A stretch of DNA of 64,000 nt from an uncultured bacterium (GTDB taxonomy: Bacteria; Cloacimonadota; Cloacimonadia; Cloacimonadales; TCS61). The notes beneath the pieces were generated by a model. That model was given only the letters and a program-made list of their open reading frames with translations. It was not told the DNA's origin and made no database searches. The stretch's first letter is position 1, and every line of letters starts with the position of its first letter. The position numbers were made by a program, and so were the translations under genes. Positions 10,430 to 19,344 of the stretch are shown here, in pieces. The stretch covers positions 22,165 through 86,164 of the forward strand of contig CBDUTJ010000003.1 of assembly GCA_965370415.1 (NCBI GenBank), given 5' to 3'.

Positions 10430-10888
10430 ATGAGTCGGATTAAACAAATCAAAGTTAATGCTATTAAAAATGGAACGGTAATCGACCATATTACAGCCGG
10501 AAAAGTAAGGAAAGTTCTGGATATTCTTGAATTGGATGGTACGGAAACAGTGATGGTTGGCATGAATCTTTCAAGCAAGAAATTAAAAGGGAAAGATATT
10601 ATAAAAATCGAAAATAAAGAACTTTCACAAGATGAAGTAAACAGCATCGCTCTAGTAGCTCCCAATGCTACACTCACTATTATTAATAATTTCGAGGTAG
10701 TAAAAAAAGTATCTTTAGAAATACCGGAACATATTGAAAACCTGATAGTTTGTCCTAATCCCAAATGTATTACAAATTCCGAGGATATTAAATCAAAATT
10801 CCGTTTGACAAAAGATGAACCTGTGAAAGTAAGATGTCATTATTGTGAAAAGAAATATTTAATTGATGAAGTAAAGATAAAGAAATGA
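10430..10888 (+). CDS. pyrI: aspartate carbamoyltransferase regulatory subunit
   Basis: IKNGTVIDHI, CPNPKCITN, CHYCE zinc motif. Confidence 0.97.
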   Translation: MSRIKQIKVNAIKNGTVIDHITAGKVRKVLDILELDGTETVMVGMNLSSKKLKGKDIIKIENKELSQDEVNSIALVAPNATLTIINNFEVVKKVSLEIPEHIENLIVCPNPKCITNSEDIKSKFRLTKDEPVKVRCHYCEKKYLIDEVKIKK

Positions 10889-10939
10889 ACCATGAATTAG
10901 TTTCAATCTGGATTTATGGTTAATTGATCAGGAGTAATA

Positions 10940-12436
10940 ATGGCAAAAAATATTATTCACGAACCTTCCAGAACTTTAATGGAATATCGTTTACTGCCGG
11001 GATTAACTGAAATTGAATCTTCCCCCCAAGAGATATCCCTTAGAACTCCCCTCGTATATTCCATAAAAGATGAAAAAAAATATTATCTTAACATTCCTAT
11101 TGTTTCTGCTGCTATGCAGTCTGTTTCCGGTTCCAAGATGGGAATCGAACTGGCAAAACTGGGTGGAGCTGCTTTTATCTATTGTTCTCAAACCATTGAA
11201 TCTCAAACAAAAATGATTAAGAAAATAAAAACTCACAAAGCTGGTTTTGTTAAACCCAAAACCATGAAACCGGATATGACGATTTCAGAGATGTACAAGA
11301 TCAGAAAGGATACGGGACATTCCAGCTTTCCTGTAGTTGATGAAAATGGAATATTTCTGGGATTGATCTCCAAGTGGGATTATGATATTTCTTTACATGC
11401 AAAATTCTTTATTAAAGAAAGGATGATTCCTATTGATAATGTGAAGGTGGCAAGAAACATAACAGATCTAACAGAAGCAAATAATATTTTATTGGAAAGT
11501 CATAAATCCGTACTACCTATCCTGGATAATGAAGGTAAATTATTGCATCTTGTTTTTCGCAAGGATATCAATGACCAGCTTGATAATCCCCTGGAAGTAC
11601 ACGATGAAAAAAAACGTTTATTGGCTGTTGCATCAATAAACACCCACGATTATAAAGAAAGAGTTCCATCGCTTGTAGAAGCAGAAGTTGATGTGCTGGC
11701 AATCGATTCTTCAGATGGATTTACAGTTTATCAAAAGAACGCTATAGAGTGGGTTACTAAAAAATATCCTGATATCCCTGTTATCGGTGGGAACATTATT
11801 ACACAGGAAGGTTTCAGATTCCTGGTAGAAGCCGGAACAGGAGCTGTAAAGGTTGGAATGGGTGGTGGTTCTATTTGCATTACTCAAGAGCAGAAAGGTA
11901 CCGGACGAGGACTTGCAACAACTGTAATAGATGTAGCCTATGCACGTGATAAATATTTTAAGGAAACAAGAAAGTATATTCCGATCATTGCAGATGGTGG
12001 TGTTACCAGTACGAAAGATATTACAATTGCCCTGGCACTTGGAGCAGATTATGTGATGATGGGTCGTTATTTTGCCAGGATGGAAGAATCTCCCACCGAT
12101 AAGATCGTTGTGAATAACCGCGTAATGAAATCATATTGGGGTGAAGGTTCTATAAGAGCACATGACTGGAAAATGAAACGTTATAATCAAGCAAAATTCG
12201 TAGAAGGTGTGGAAGGCATGGTAGAATATGCCGGTCGCTTGCGGGATAACCTGGAAGAAACACTGGCAAAAATCAGATCTTCCATGAGCACATGCGGAGT
12301 GAAAAACATTCGCGAATTACACGAAAAAGCAGAATTGGAACTTGTTTCTGCTCTTTCTATCAGGGAAGGGAAAGTTCATGATATCTATCAGGCAACAGAA
12401 TCGAATGAGCAAGAAGAATTGAAAATTGAAAATTGA
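10940..12436 (+). CDS. guaB: IMP dehydrogenase with CBS pair
   Basis: SAAMQSV, IDSSDG, KVGMGGGSICITQ, IIADGG, MMGRYFA, YWGEGS, VEGVEG. Confidence 0.95.
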   Translation: MAKNIIHEPSRTLMEYRLLPGLTEIESSPQEISLRTPLVYSIKDEKKYYLNIPIVSAAMQSVSGSKMGIELAKLGGAAFIYCSQTIESQTKMIKKIKTHKAGFVKPKTMKPDMTISEMYKIRKDTGHSSFPVVDENGIFLGLISKWDYDISLHAKFFIKERMIPIDNVKVARNITDLTEANNILLESHKSVLPILDNEGKLLHLVFRKDINDQLDNPLEVHDEKKRLLAVASINTHDYKERVPSLVEAEVDVLAIDSSDGFTVYQKNAIEWVTKKYPDIPVIGGNIITQEGFRFLVEAGTGAVKVGMGGGSICITQEQKGTGRGLATTVIDVAYARDKYFKETRKYIPIIADGGVTSTKDITIALALGADYVMMGRYFARMEESPTDKIVVNNRVMKSYWGEGSIRAHDWKMKRYNQAKFVEGVEGMVEYAGRLRDNLEETLAKIRSSMSTCGVKNIRELHEKAELELVSALSIREGKVHDIYQATESNEQEELKIEN

Positions 12437-12449
12437 AAATTGAAGATTG
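12417..12449 (+). repeat. heptamer tandem repeat (aattgaa)n, left flank of the four-helix-bundle gene
   Basis: aattgaaaattgaaaattgaaaattgaagattg; overlaps the guaB 3' end; counterpart aatattcaatattcaatattaaattt at ~12860-12885. Confidence 0.8.
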
Positions 12450-12502
12450 GGTAGAATCCAGCTTTGAATACAAACACAAATATTCAATTTAACGGAGTGA
12501 TA

Positions 12503-12853
12503 ATGGACAAGGAAGAATTACAAAAGAGAACAAAAGATTTTGCCCATCGTTGTGTAAAATTAGCTTTAGCATTATCAAAAACTAATCTTGGACAACATAT
12601 TTCTAAACAGTTAATTCGATGCTCTACATCTGTTGCAGCAAATTATCGAGCAGTTTGTTTAGCACAATCTAAAGCAAGTTTTATTTCAAAAATTAGCATT
12701 GTTTTAGAAGAAACTGATGAATCTGCATTTTGGTTAGAATTTATAATTGATGAAAAACTATTAAACGAATCTCAAGTGAGTCCATTATTAAAAGAAGCGA
12801 ATGAACTAACAGCAATATTCTTTGCTTCTCGAAAAACTTCAAGGATGAAATAA
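12503..12853 (+). CDS. four-helix-bundle protein (23S rRNA IVP / Avd-like family)
   Basis: QLIRCSTSVAANYRAV...SKASFISKISIVLEETDESAFWLE...EANELTAIF; ATG 12503 after GGAG. Confidence 0.9.
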   Translation: MDKEELQKRTKDFAHRCVKLALALSKTNLGQHISKQLIRCSTSVAANYRAVCLAQSKASFISKISIVLEETDESAFWLEFIIDEKLLNESQVSPLLKEANELTAIFFASRKTSRMK

Positions 12854-12899
12854 ATGGCAAATATTCAATATTCAATATTAAATTTCTGACAGAGTGAAA

Positions 12900-13967
12900 A
12901 TGACTAATTATAAAAAAGCCGGTGTAGATATAAAAGCTGGAGATCGAGCATCCAAAATCGCATACAATTACGCTAAATCAACTTTCGCTTCTCGCCAGGG
13001 TATGATAGGCGAACCAGTGGTGGATGAAGGATCTTTTGCCGGACTTATTAATATGGGTGATTTCTATATCGTTCAGAGTGATGATGGTGTAGGAACAAAG
13101 ATGGAGATCGCAGAAAAAATTGGAAAATTCGATACTCTTGGTTATGATCTGCTGGCTATGGTGGCAGATGATGTAGTGTGTTTGGGAGCCGAAACTATTT
13201 CTGTAACCAATACTCTGGATACTAATAAAGTTGATGCAGACATTATTGGTGATCTGATGAAGGGATTAGCAAAAGCTTGTATCGAGCAAAAAGTAGTAAT
13301 TCCCGGCGGTGAGATTGCAGAAGTGGGCAAAGCTGTGAATGGCAACGTATGGAATGCTACTGCTGTAGGAGTTTTAGAAAAAGAGAAAGTAATAACAGGG
13401 GAAGATATCAAGCCCGGAGATAAAATTATTGCTTTGAAAGAAAGCGGTTTTCGTTCCAACGGATTCTCACTGATTCGTTACATTATAGATCAGAAATTTG
13501 GTTATGAAGGATATTCCAAATCCTCACCATTTGGGAAGAACTGGGGAGAACTCCTTTTAGAACCTTCCAAAATATATTCGGGAGCTTTATTGGAAATCTT
13601 GGGCAGGTTCGGTATGAAAAGAAAAGTTAATATCAAAGGGATAGCACACATTACCGGTGGAGGAATTCCCGGTAATTTCAAAAGGGTTTTAAAGCAGACA
13701 GAATTGGGAGCACGTTTTGACAATTTATTTGAACCTTCCGATATAGTGAAGGAGATCCAGGAAATGGGTGAAGTAACCGAGGAAGAAGCATATAAAACCT
13801 GGAATATGGGTAATGGCATGATGCTGATCACAGCTCCGGGGGATGTAGAAAAGATTCTTGAATTAGTATCTATCGAAGCGCAAGTTGTAGGAGAAATTAT
13901 CGAAGGAAAAAAAATTATCTTGAATTCAAAAGGATTATATAATAAAATCATTATTTATAATGAATAA
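12900..13967 (+). CDS. purM: phosphoribosylformylglycinamidine cyclo-ligase (AIR synthetase)
   Basis: YKKAGVDI, DGVGTK, GGEIAE, SGFRSNGFSLIR, AHITGGG, TWNMGNG. Confidence 0.95.
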   Translation: MTNYKKAGVDIKAGDRASKIAYNYAKSTFASRQGMIGEPVVDEGSFAGLINMGDFYIVQSDDGVGTKMEIAEKIGKFDTLGYDLLAMVADDVVCLGAETISVTNTLDTNKVDADIIGDLMKGLAKACIEQKVVIPGGEIAEVGKAVNGNVWNATAVGVLEKEKVITGEDIKPGDKIIALKESGFRSNGFSLIRYIIDQKFGYEGYSKSSPFGKNWGELLLEPSKIYSGALLEILGRFGMKRKVNIKGIAHITGGGIPGNFKRVLKQTELGARFDNLFEPSDIVKEIQEMGEVTEEEAYKTWNMGNGMMLITAPGDVEKILELVSIEAQVVGEIIEGKKIILNSKGLYNKIIIYNE

Positions 13968-13982
13968 AAAAAGGAGGAAATC

Positions 13983-16211
13983 GTGAAAAACCAATTTATT
14001 TTTTTCATGCTTATTGTAGTGCTAACCGCTACAGCACTCAATTCAGAGGAAGTGAGAGGTCTTACAAATAAATTTCTCACTCCAGGTAAATTCGAGGTTA
14101 TCGGAAGTGCGCGAACTTATTCGCCATCATTTACCAGACCCCAGCAGAAATCTACTACCCTAACAAGAGAAAACTGGCTTCTGGTGGATTCATTGAATTT
14201 CAATTCATACATTCAACCCGGAATGCATCTTGGCATATTTTATGATAATAGTGTAGAAGAAATATCACTATTCTCAAGTTGTGAGTCTTTAGAATCGGAA
14301 GCCCTGCAAGCTCTTAACAAAGCTCCAAAATGGCTTCGACCTGCCCTGGAAAACACTTTCCTGCAACTTTCAACAGATCTACAGCAAGTTTGGGGAGATG
14401 TTATCAACAATTCTTTCGATCCCTATATTGATGAAGTAGCTTATGTAGTTGCGCATTGTTCAGCGGAATTACTCAGCTCGCAATACTGTAATCCCGACTT
14501 ATTTTTCTTTAATGCAGTGTTGATATATCAAGCAAATAACAGCCTTGGATATGTTGATATTATTGATTATGGTTCATCTACAACAGATGAAAACTATTAT
14601 TCCACTATAAGATATTGGAAGATAGATGAATTAGGAAATACGGTTGAAGTTGAGGTTCCCAAAGAAATATATTATATGTACATGGTTCATACTAAAATAA
14701 CCGATGAAATTCCAGCATATATAGATCCCGACATAATTGAGAATAATAATACACATAACAATAATATTGCTCTTCCTCCCACAGGAAAGTTTTGGAGACA
14801 ATTCCTCTTATGTATGGCCGATACAGGATATCCTGTTCTGGAAGATGAACTGGCTAATTGTACTATCGTCTGGGATGAGTCCGGTGGAACAACCGATACA
14901 GCAATACATATTATAACCAATTGGATCAATGCTTCAATGTCTTTCACATCCAATGCCGAGCGTCCGCATCAACCGGTTCGAATATATCGAAAACATATAG
15001 GAAGATGTGGAGAGCATGCAGATCTAACGGCAGCTGCAGCGCGCGCGGCACTTATACCATGTACGAGTATTTTAGCTATTTCCAGCGATCATACGTGGAA
15101 TGAATTCTGGGATGAAGGATGGATTCATTGGGAACCAGTAAATAATTCCATAAATAATCCTCTTGTGTATGAAGGCTGGGGATGGAATTTTGCTTCTGTA
15201 TTCGAAATTAGAAGTAACGGTTATCTCACACCGGTTACTGCTACCTATTCGGATTCAATTGCAACTATTATTATTTATGCATTAGATAATAATGGTGATC
15301 CTATTGATGGTGCAAAAATTACACTTAAAGAACCATATTGGGATAATTGGGGGTATACTGATAAAGAAGGAAAATACACTTTTATTGTTGGAGAAGGAAG
15401 AACATATTATGCCAGGATGGATTCCGAAATTGGAAATGATCCAACAAATGTCAGCCAGGTCTATGAAATTGTAACGAATAGTGTTGGCGGGCAAACTTAC
15501 ACATATTCCATGAATGCTGCAGGTTCAATGCCGGAAGTTCAATACTCTTCTATATCTACTCCAAATGACGAGGTCGATGATTATAGATTGGTTGTAGATT
15601 TCACTGTTCCAAAGCAGATAATAACTGGAGCAATAATTATGGATGACACTAATGGAACGAATTTTTACAATGGTATTGATGATGGTATAATTAATTGCTT
15701 TATGACAGATGTAACGAATTATGGTTTATATTCAAATGAGCAGTTGTTCGATACTTTCAATGAGATGATATGTGCAGACGGGGGAACAGTTGAATTCGAT
15801 ATCCCCGTGGATGAATCATGGTATGCATTCTTCGATAACGGTTTTAGCTTGAACAATCCCCAGAATATTGAGGGAAGTGTGAGTTTATATGAATACGATG
15901 AAACATCTGCTGATGATTACATAATTGTTGTCTCGAACAAATTAATTGGGAATTATCCCAATCCATTCAATCCAACAACAACAATTTCTTTTTCTGTAAC
16001 ACAAACGTCTCAGCTTGTGACTCTTGAGATATTTAACATCAAAGGTCAGAAGGTAAAAACTCTTGTGAATGATGAATTGGATGAAGGTTTGCATCAAGTT
16101 GTTTGGAATGGCATGAACGAAAATAATCAGCCAGTTTCTTCAGGAATCTATTTCTACAAATTACAAACCGGAAAATACTCAGCAGCAAAGAAAATGGTGA
16201 TGATGAAATAA
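13983..16211 (+). CDS. secreted transglutaminase-fold (PNGase-like) protein with C-terminal FlgD-Ig/T9SS-like sorting domain
   Basis: Signal peptide; GRCGEH...DHTWNEFWDEGWIHWEP; C-terminal NYPNPFNPTTTISF...SSGIYFYKL...KKMVMMK. Confidence 0.8.
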   Translation: MKNQFIFFMLIVVLTATALNSEEVRGLTNKFLTPGKFEVIGSARTYSPSFTRPQQKSTTLTRENWLLVDSLNFNSYIQPGMHLGIFYDNSVEEISLFSSCESLESEALQALNKAPKWLRPALENTFLQLSTDLQQVWGDVINNSFDPYIDEVAYVVAHCSAELLSSQYCNPDLFFFNAVLIYQANNSLGYVDIIDYGSSTTDENYYSTIRYWKIDELGNTVEVEVPKEIYYMYMVHTKITDEIPAYIDPDIIENNNTHNNNIALPPTGKFWRQFLLCMADTGYPVLEDELANCTIVWDESGGTTDTAIHIITNWINASMSFTSNAERPHQPVRIYRKHIGRCGEHADLTAAAARAALIPCTSILAISSDHTWNEFWDEGWIHWEPVNNSINNPLVYEGWGWNFASVFEIRSNGYLTPVTATYSDSIATIIIYALDNNGDPIDGAKITLKEPYWDNWGYTDKEGKYTFIVGEGRTYYARMDSEIGNDPTNVSQVYEIVTNSVGGQTYTYSMNAAGSMPEVQYSSISTPNDEVDDYRLVVDFTVPKQIITGAIIMDDTNGTNFYNGIDDGIINCFMTDVTNYGLYSNEQLFDTFNEMICADGGTVEFDIPVDESWYAFFDNGFSLNNPQNIEGSVSLYEYDETSADDYIIVVSNKLIGNYPNPFNPTTTISFSVTQTSQLVTLEIFNIKGQKVKTLVNDELDEGLHQVVWNGMNENNQPVSSGIYFYKLQTGKYSAAKKMVMMK

Positions 16212-16218
16212 AATATTT

Positions 16219-16256
16219 ACTGACCTTGAAGATTTCTTCAAGGTCAGTTCTTTTTT
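16219..16256 (+). terminator. intrinsic terminator-like hairpin
   Basis: actgaccttgaag-attt-cttcaaggtcagt followed by a T-rich tail. Confidence 0.75.
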
Positions 16257-16270
16257 AGAAAATAAAAAAA

Positions 16271-19258
16271 ATGAAAAACCAGATCCAGCTTATACTTAAA
16301 GAAAACATCGTTGATGTTCAAGGCGAGAAAATAGAGGGAAGTGCATTAAGTTTCCTCACTATAAATACAGGTAAGATCAAAACCGGTAAAATCTTCAATA
16401 TCACCTACGATTTGAGTAAAGAGGATATTCAGAAATTTGCAAATCTTGGTCTTAAAGATGAGATTATTCACGATGTTTATATAAATTCTTTCTATAAAAA
16501 CTCGTTCTACAAATCTTTTATTCTTGTCTCCAAACTTCCCGGAGTCACAGACGATGAAGGTGTTTCCGCACAGAAAACATTGAATGATATTCTGGATTTG
16601 AATCTGGATACAAACACACAACGTATTTTTTCAGATGATATTTATCTGATCGAAAAACATTTATCGGATGATATTCTGAAAACTCTGGCTGAAAAACTTT
16701 TAGGAAACAAACTCATTCATCATTTTGAATACGGAAAATTCACTGGAAAGATTGAGTATATTCCTGAAGTTCGGATAGAAAAAGATAACGAAACTGAAAC
16801 AGTTGATTTAAATGTAACTGATGATGAATTGTTGAAGATTTCCAAGGATAGATTATTGTCTCTGAATCTGGAAGAAATGAAAGCGATCCAGTCTTATTTT
16901 TCAGATGAGAAAGTGATTGAAAATCGAAAGAAAAATAATCTGACTAAAAATCCGACAGATTGCGAACTGGAAGTGCTGGCACAAACCTGGAGTGAGCATT
17001 GTAAACACAAAGAATTCGCAGCTTCCATAGATTATAAGAATTTGGAAACAGGCGAGGAAGAAACGATCGATTCACTTTTCAAAACATACATCCAAAAATC
17101 AACGGAGATTATTCGAGAACGGCTCGAAAAAGTCGGAAACAACTGGCTTCTGAAGATATTTACCGACAATGCCGGAGTAGTGAAGATCAATGATGAATCA
17201 GTATTTGTGTGGAAAGTGGAAACTCACAATTCACCTTCTGCTATCGATCCTTACGGTGGTGCGATAACGGGAATTCTGGGAAATAATCGTGATCCTCTTG
17301 GAACTGGAATCGGTGGTGGAAAACTGCTTTTCAATACAAATGTTCTCTGCTTCGGACCTCCGGATTATAATAAGGAACTGCTTCCCGGGCAACTTCATCC
17401 GAAACGGATTTTTGAAGGAGTGCGTCACGGAATCGAAGATGGTGGTAACAAATCAGGGATTCCCACAGTGAACGGCTCGATCATCTTTGATGATCGCTAC
17501 AGTGGCAAGCCGCTGGTTTATTGCGGAACCGGTGGAGTGATGCCATACAAATTTGCAGGAGTTAATTCCTGGGAAAAACCTATAGATGATGGTGACTTGA
17601 TAATTATGGCAGGAGGTAGAGTTGGCAAAGACGGCATTCACGGAGCTACATTTTCTTCTGCAGAAATAGACGAACATTCTCCGCAATCAGCCGTTCAGAT
17701 CGGAAGCCCGATAACGCAAAAACTACTTTCGGATTTTATGCAGGAAGCGGTTAATCAGGGTTTAATAAAATGTTCCACAGATAATGGTGCAGGAGGTTTA
17801 TCTTCATCTGTCGGAGAACTTGCTGAGATCAGCGGTGGAGCGGAAATCCTTCTTGGAAAAGTTCCCCTGAAATATGCCAATCTGAAACCGTGGGAAATCT
17901 TCGTTTCAGAATCACAGGAAAGAATGACGTTTGTAGTGGAAGAAGATAAAAAAGAAGCTCTTTTTACGCTTGCAAAAGAGCGTGAAGTAGAGCTTTCAGA
18001 TATTGGAAAATTCACCTCATCAGGTTTTATCGATGTACAATATGACAATGAAAAAGTTATCCTATTGGAAATGGATTTTCTGCATAATGGCGTTCCTAAA
18101 AAAAATATGAAAGCCGAGTGGAAAAAACCTGAACTTTTAGAACCTGAATTTCCTTCAAACCTTGATTATAATGATATTTTGTTAAAGCTTATGGGAAGCT
18201 ACAACATCTGTTCTCGCGAAAATGTGATTCGTCAATATGATCACGAAGTGAAAGGAAAAACAATCATCAAACCTTTGATGGGAATAGAAGGGAAATCTCC
18301 GCAGGATGCAGCTGTGATGAGATTGAATTTTGACGGTTTTGAAGGAATTGCTATCTCAAATGGTATCTGTCCAAAATTCGGAGATATCGATGCTTACGAA
18401 ATGAGTGCAGGTGCATTTGATGAAGCTGTTCGACAGATAATTTCAGTCGGAGGGAAGCTTCCCGATATCAATGATAAAACCAACAGATTCTGGACAGTGA
18501 ACGATAATTTCTGCATTCCCGATTCCGCTTTTGATGCAATAAATAATCCTGATGGAAAACAGAAACTGGCAAAGCTTGTACAGATGAATAAAGCACTTTT
18601 TGATATGTCCACATTTTACAATATTCCCATGACTTCCGGCAAAGACAGTATGAAAAATGACTTTAAAGCAGGAAAAACAAAAATCTCTGTTCCGCCTACC
18701 ATCCTCTATTCGATGGTTGCTAAGCTTTCTGATGTGCGGAAAACTATTACGAGCAATTTCAAAGCAGATGGAGACCTGATCTACATTCTGGGAAAAACTT
18801 ATGATGAACTCGGTGCTTCCGAATTTTATAAATTATTCGATGAACTCGGAGCAAATGTTCCTAAGGTGAGAAAAGAAGATGCAAAAAGATTGTACGAAAA
18901 AGTAATTAAAGCAAATAAGCAGAATCTCATAGAATCCTGCCACGATTTTTCTGATGGGGGAATGGCTGTTGCTATTTGTGAAAGTGCGATCGGAACTGAA
19001 TTCGGAGCGGAATTGGATGTATCTGAATTAGGAGACTTGAGTTTGAATGCAATTCTTTTCTCCGAATCACATTCGCGTTTTGTGGTGAGTATCAGATCCG
19101 AGAGTAAAGAGAAGTTTGAGAAATTGTTCGGAGAGGATTCATTCTTAATCGGTAAAGTAACTTCGAATAAAATGATGAAAATCAACTTTGAGAATAATTG
19201 TGTTGTAGAGTTAGAAATGGAAGAGATTAGGAAAACCTGGGATGAAGGATTAAAGTGA
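16271..19258 (+). CDS. purL: FGAM synthase PurL with N-terminal PurS-like domain
   Basis: LPGVTDDEG (PurS-like), QTWSEHCKHK, KVETHNSPS, DNGAGGLSSS, SESQERM, SGKDSMKND. Confidence 0.95.
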   Translation: MKNQIQLILKENIVDVQGEKIEGSALSFLTINTGKIKTGKIFNITYDLSKEDIQKFANLGLKDEIIHDVYINSFYKNSFYKSFILVSKLPGVTDDEGVSAQKTLNDILDLNLDTNTQRIFSDDIYLIEKHLSDDILKTLAEKLLGNKLIHHFEYGKFTGKIEYIPEVRIEKDNETETVDLNVTDDELLKISKDRLLSLNLEEMKAIQSYFSDEKVIENRKKNNLTKNPTDCELEVLAQTWSEHCKHKEFAASIDYKNLETGEEETIDSLFKTYIQKSTEIIRERLEKVGNNWLLKIFTDNAGVVKINDESVFVWKVETHNSPSAIDPYGGAITGILGNNRDPLGTGIGGGKLLFNTNVLCFGPPDYNKELLPGQLHPKRIFEGVRHGIEDGGNKSGIPTVNGSIIFDDRYSGKPLVYCGTGGVMPYKFAGVNSWEKPIDDGDLIIMAGGRVGKDGIHGATFSSAEIDEHSPQSAVQIGSPITQKLLSDFMQEAVNQGLIKCSTDNGAGGLSSSVGELAEISGGAEILLGKVPLKYANLKPWEIFVSESQERMTFVVEEDKKEALFTLAKEREVELSDIGKFTSSGFIDVQYDNEKVILLEMDFLHNGVPKKNMKAEWKKPELLEPEFPSNLDYNDILLKLMGSYNICSRENVIRQYDHEVKGKTIIKPLMGIEGKSPQDAAVMRLNFDGFEGIAISNGICPKFGDIDAYEMSAGAFDEAVRQIISVGGKLPDINDKTNRFWTVNDNFCIPDSAFDAINNPDGKQKLAKLVQMNKALFDMSTFYNIPMTSGKDSMKNDFKAGKTKISVPPTILYSMVAKLSDVRKTITSNFKADGDLIYILGKTYDELGASEFYKLFDELGANVPKVRKEDAKRLYEKVIKANKQNLIESCHDFSDGGMAVAICESAIGTEFGAELDVSELGDLSLNAILFSESHSRFVVSIRSESKEKFEKLFGEDSFLIGKVTSNKMMKINFENNCVVELEMEEIRKTWDEGLK

Positions 19259-19276
19259 GCCAAACTAAAAGAAAAA

Positions 19277-19329
19277 TGTCATCCTCAACTTGATTGAGGA
19301 ACCAGATTCCCGCTTTTGCGGGAATGACA
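19277..19329. repeat. MITE/REP-like element with TGTCAT...ATGACA ends and a dRS3-like ATTCCC-N8-GGGAAT core
   Basis: tgtcatcctcaacttgattgaggaaccagattcccgcttttgcgggaatgaca. Confidence 0.8.
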
Positions 19330-19344
19330 ATTAAAAAGGGAAAA

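Noticed and set aside
12503-12853. Avd-like gene as a sign of a diversity-generating retroelement or rRNA intervening sequence
   Set aside because: No reverse transcriptase, no template/variable repeat pair and no rRNA gene in the window.
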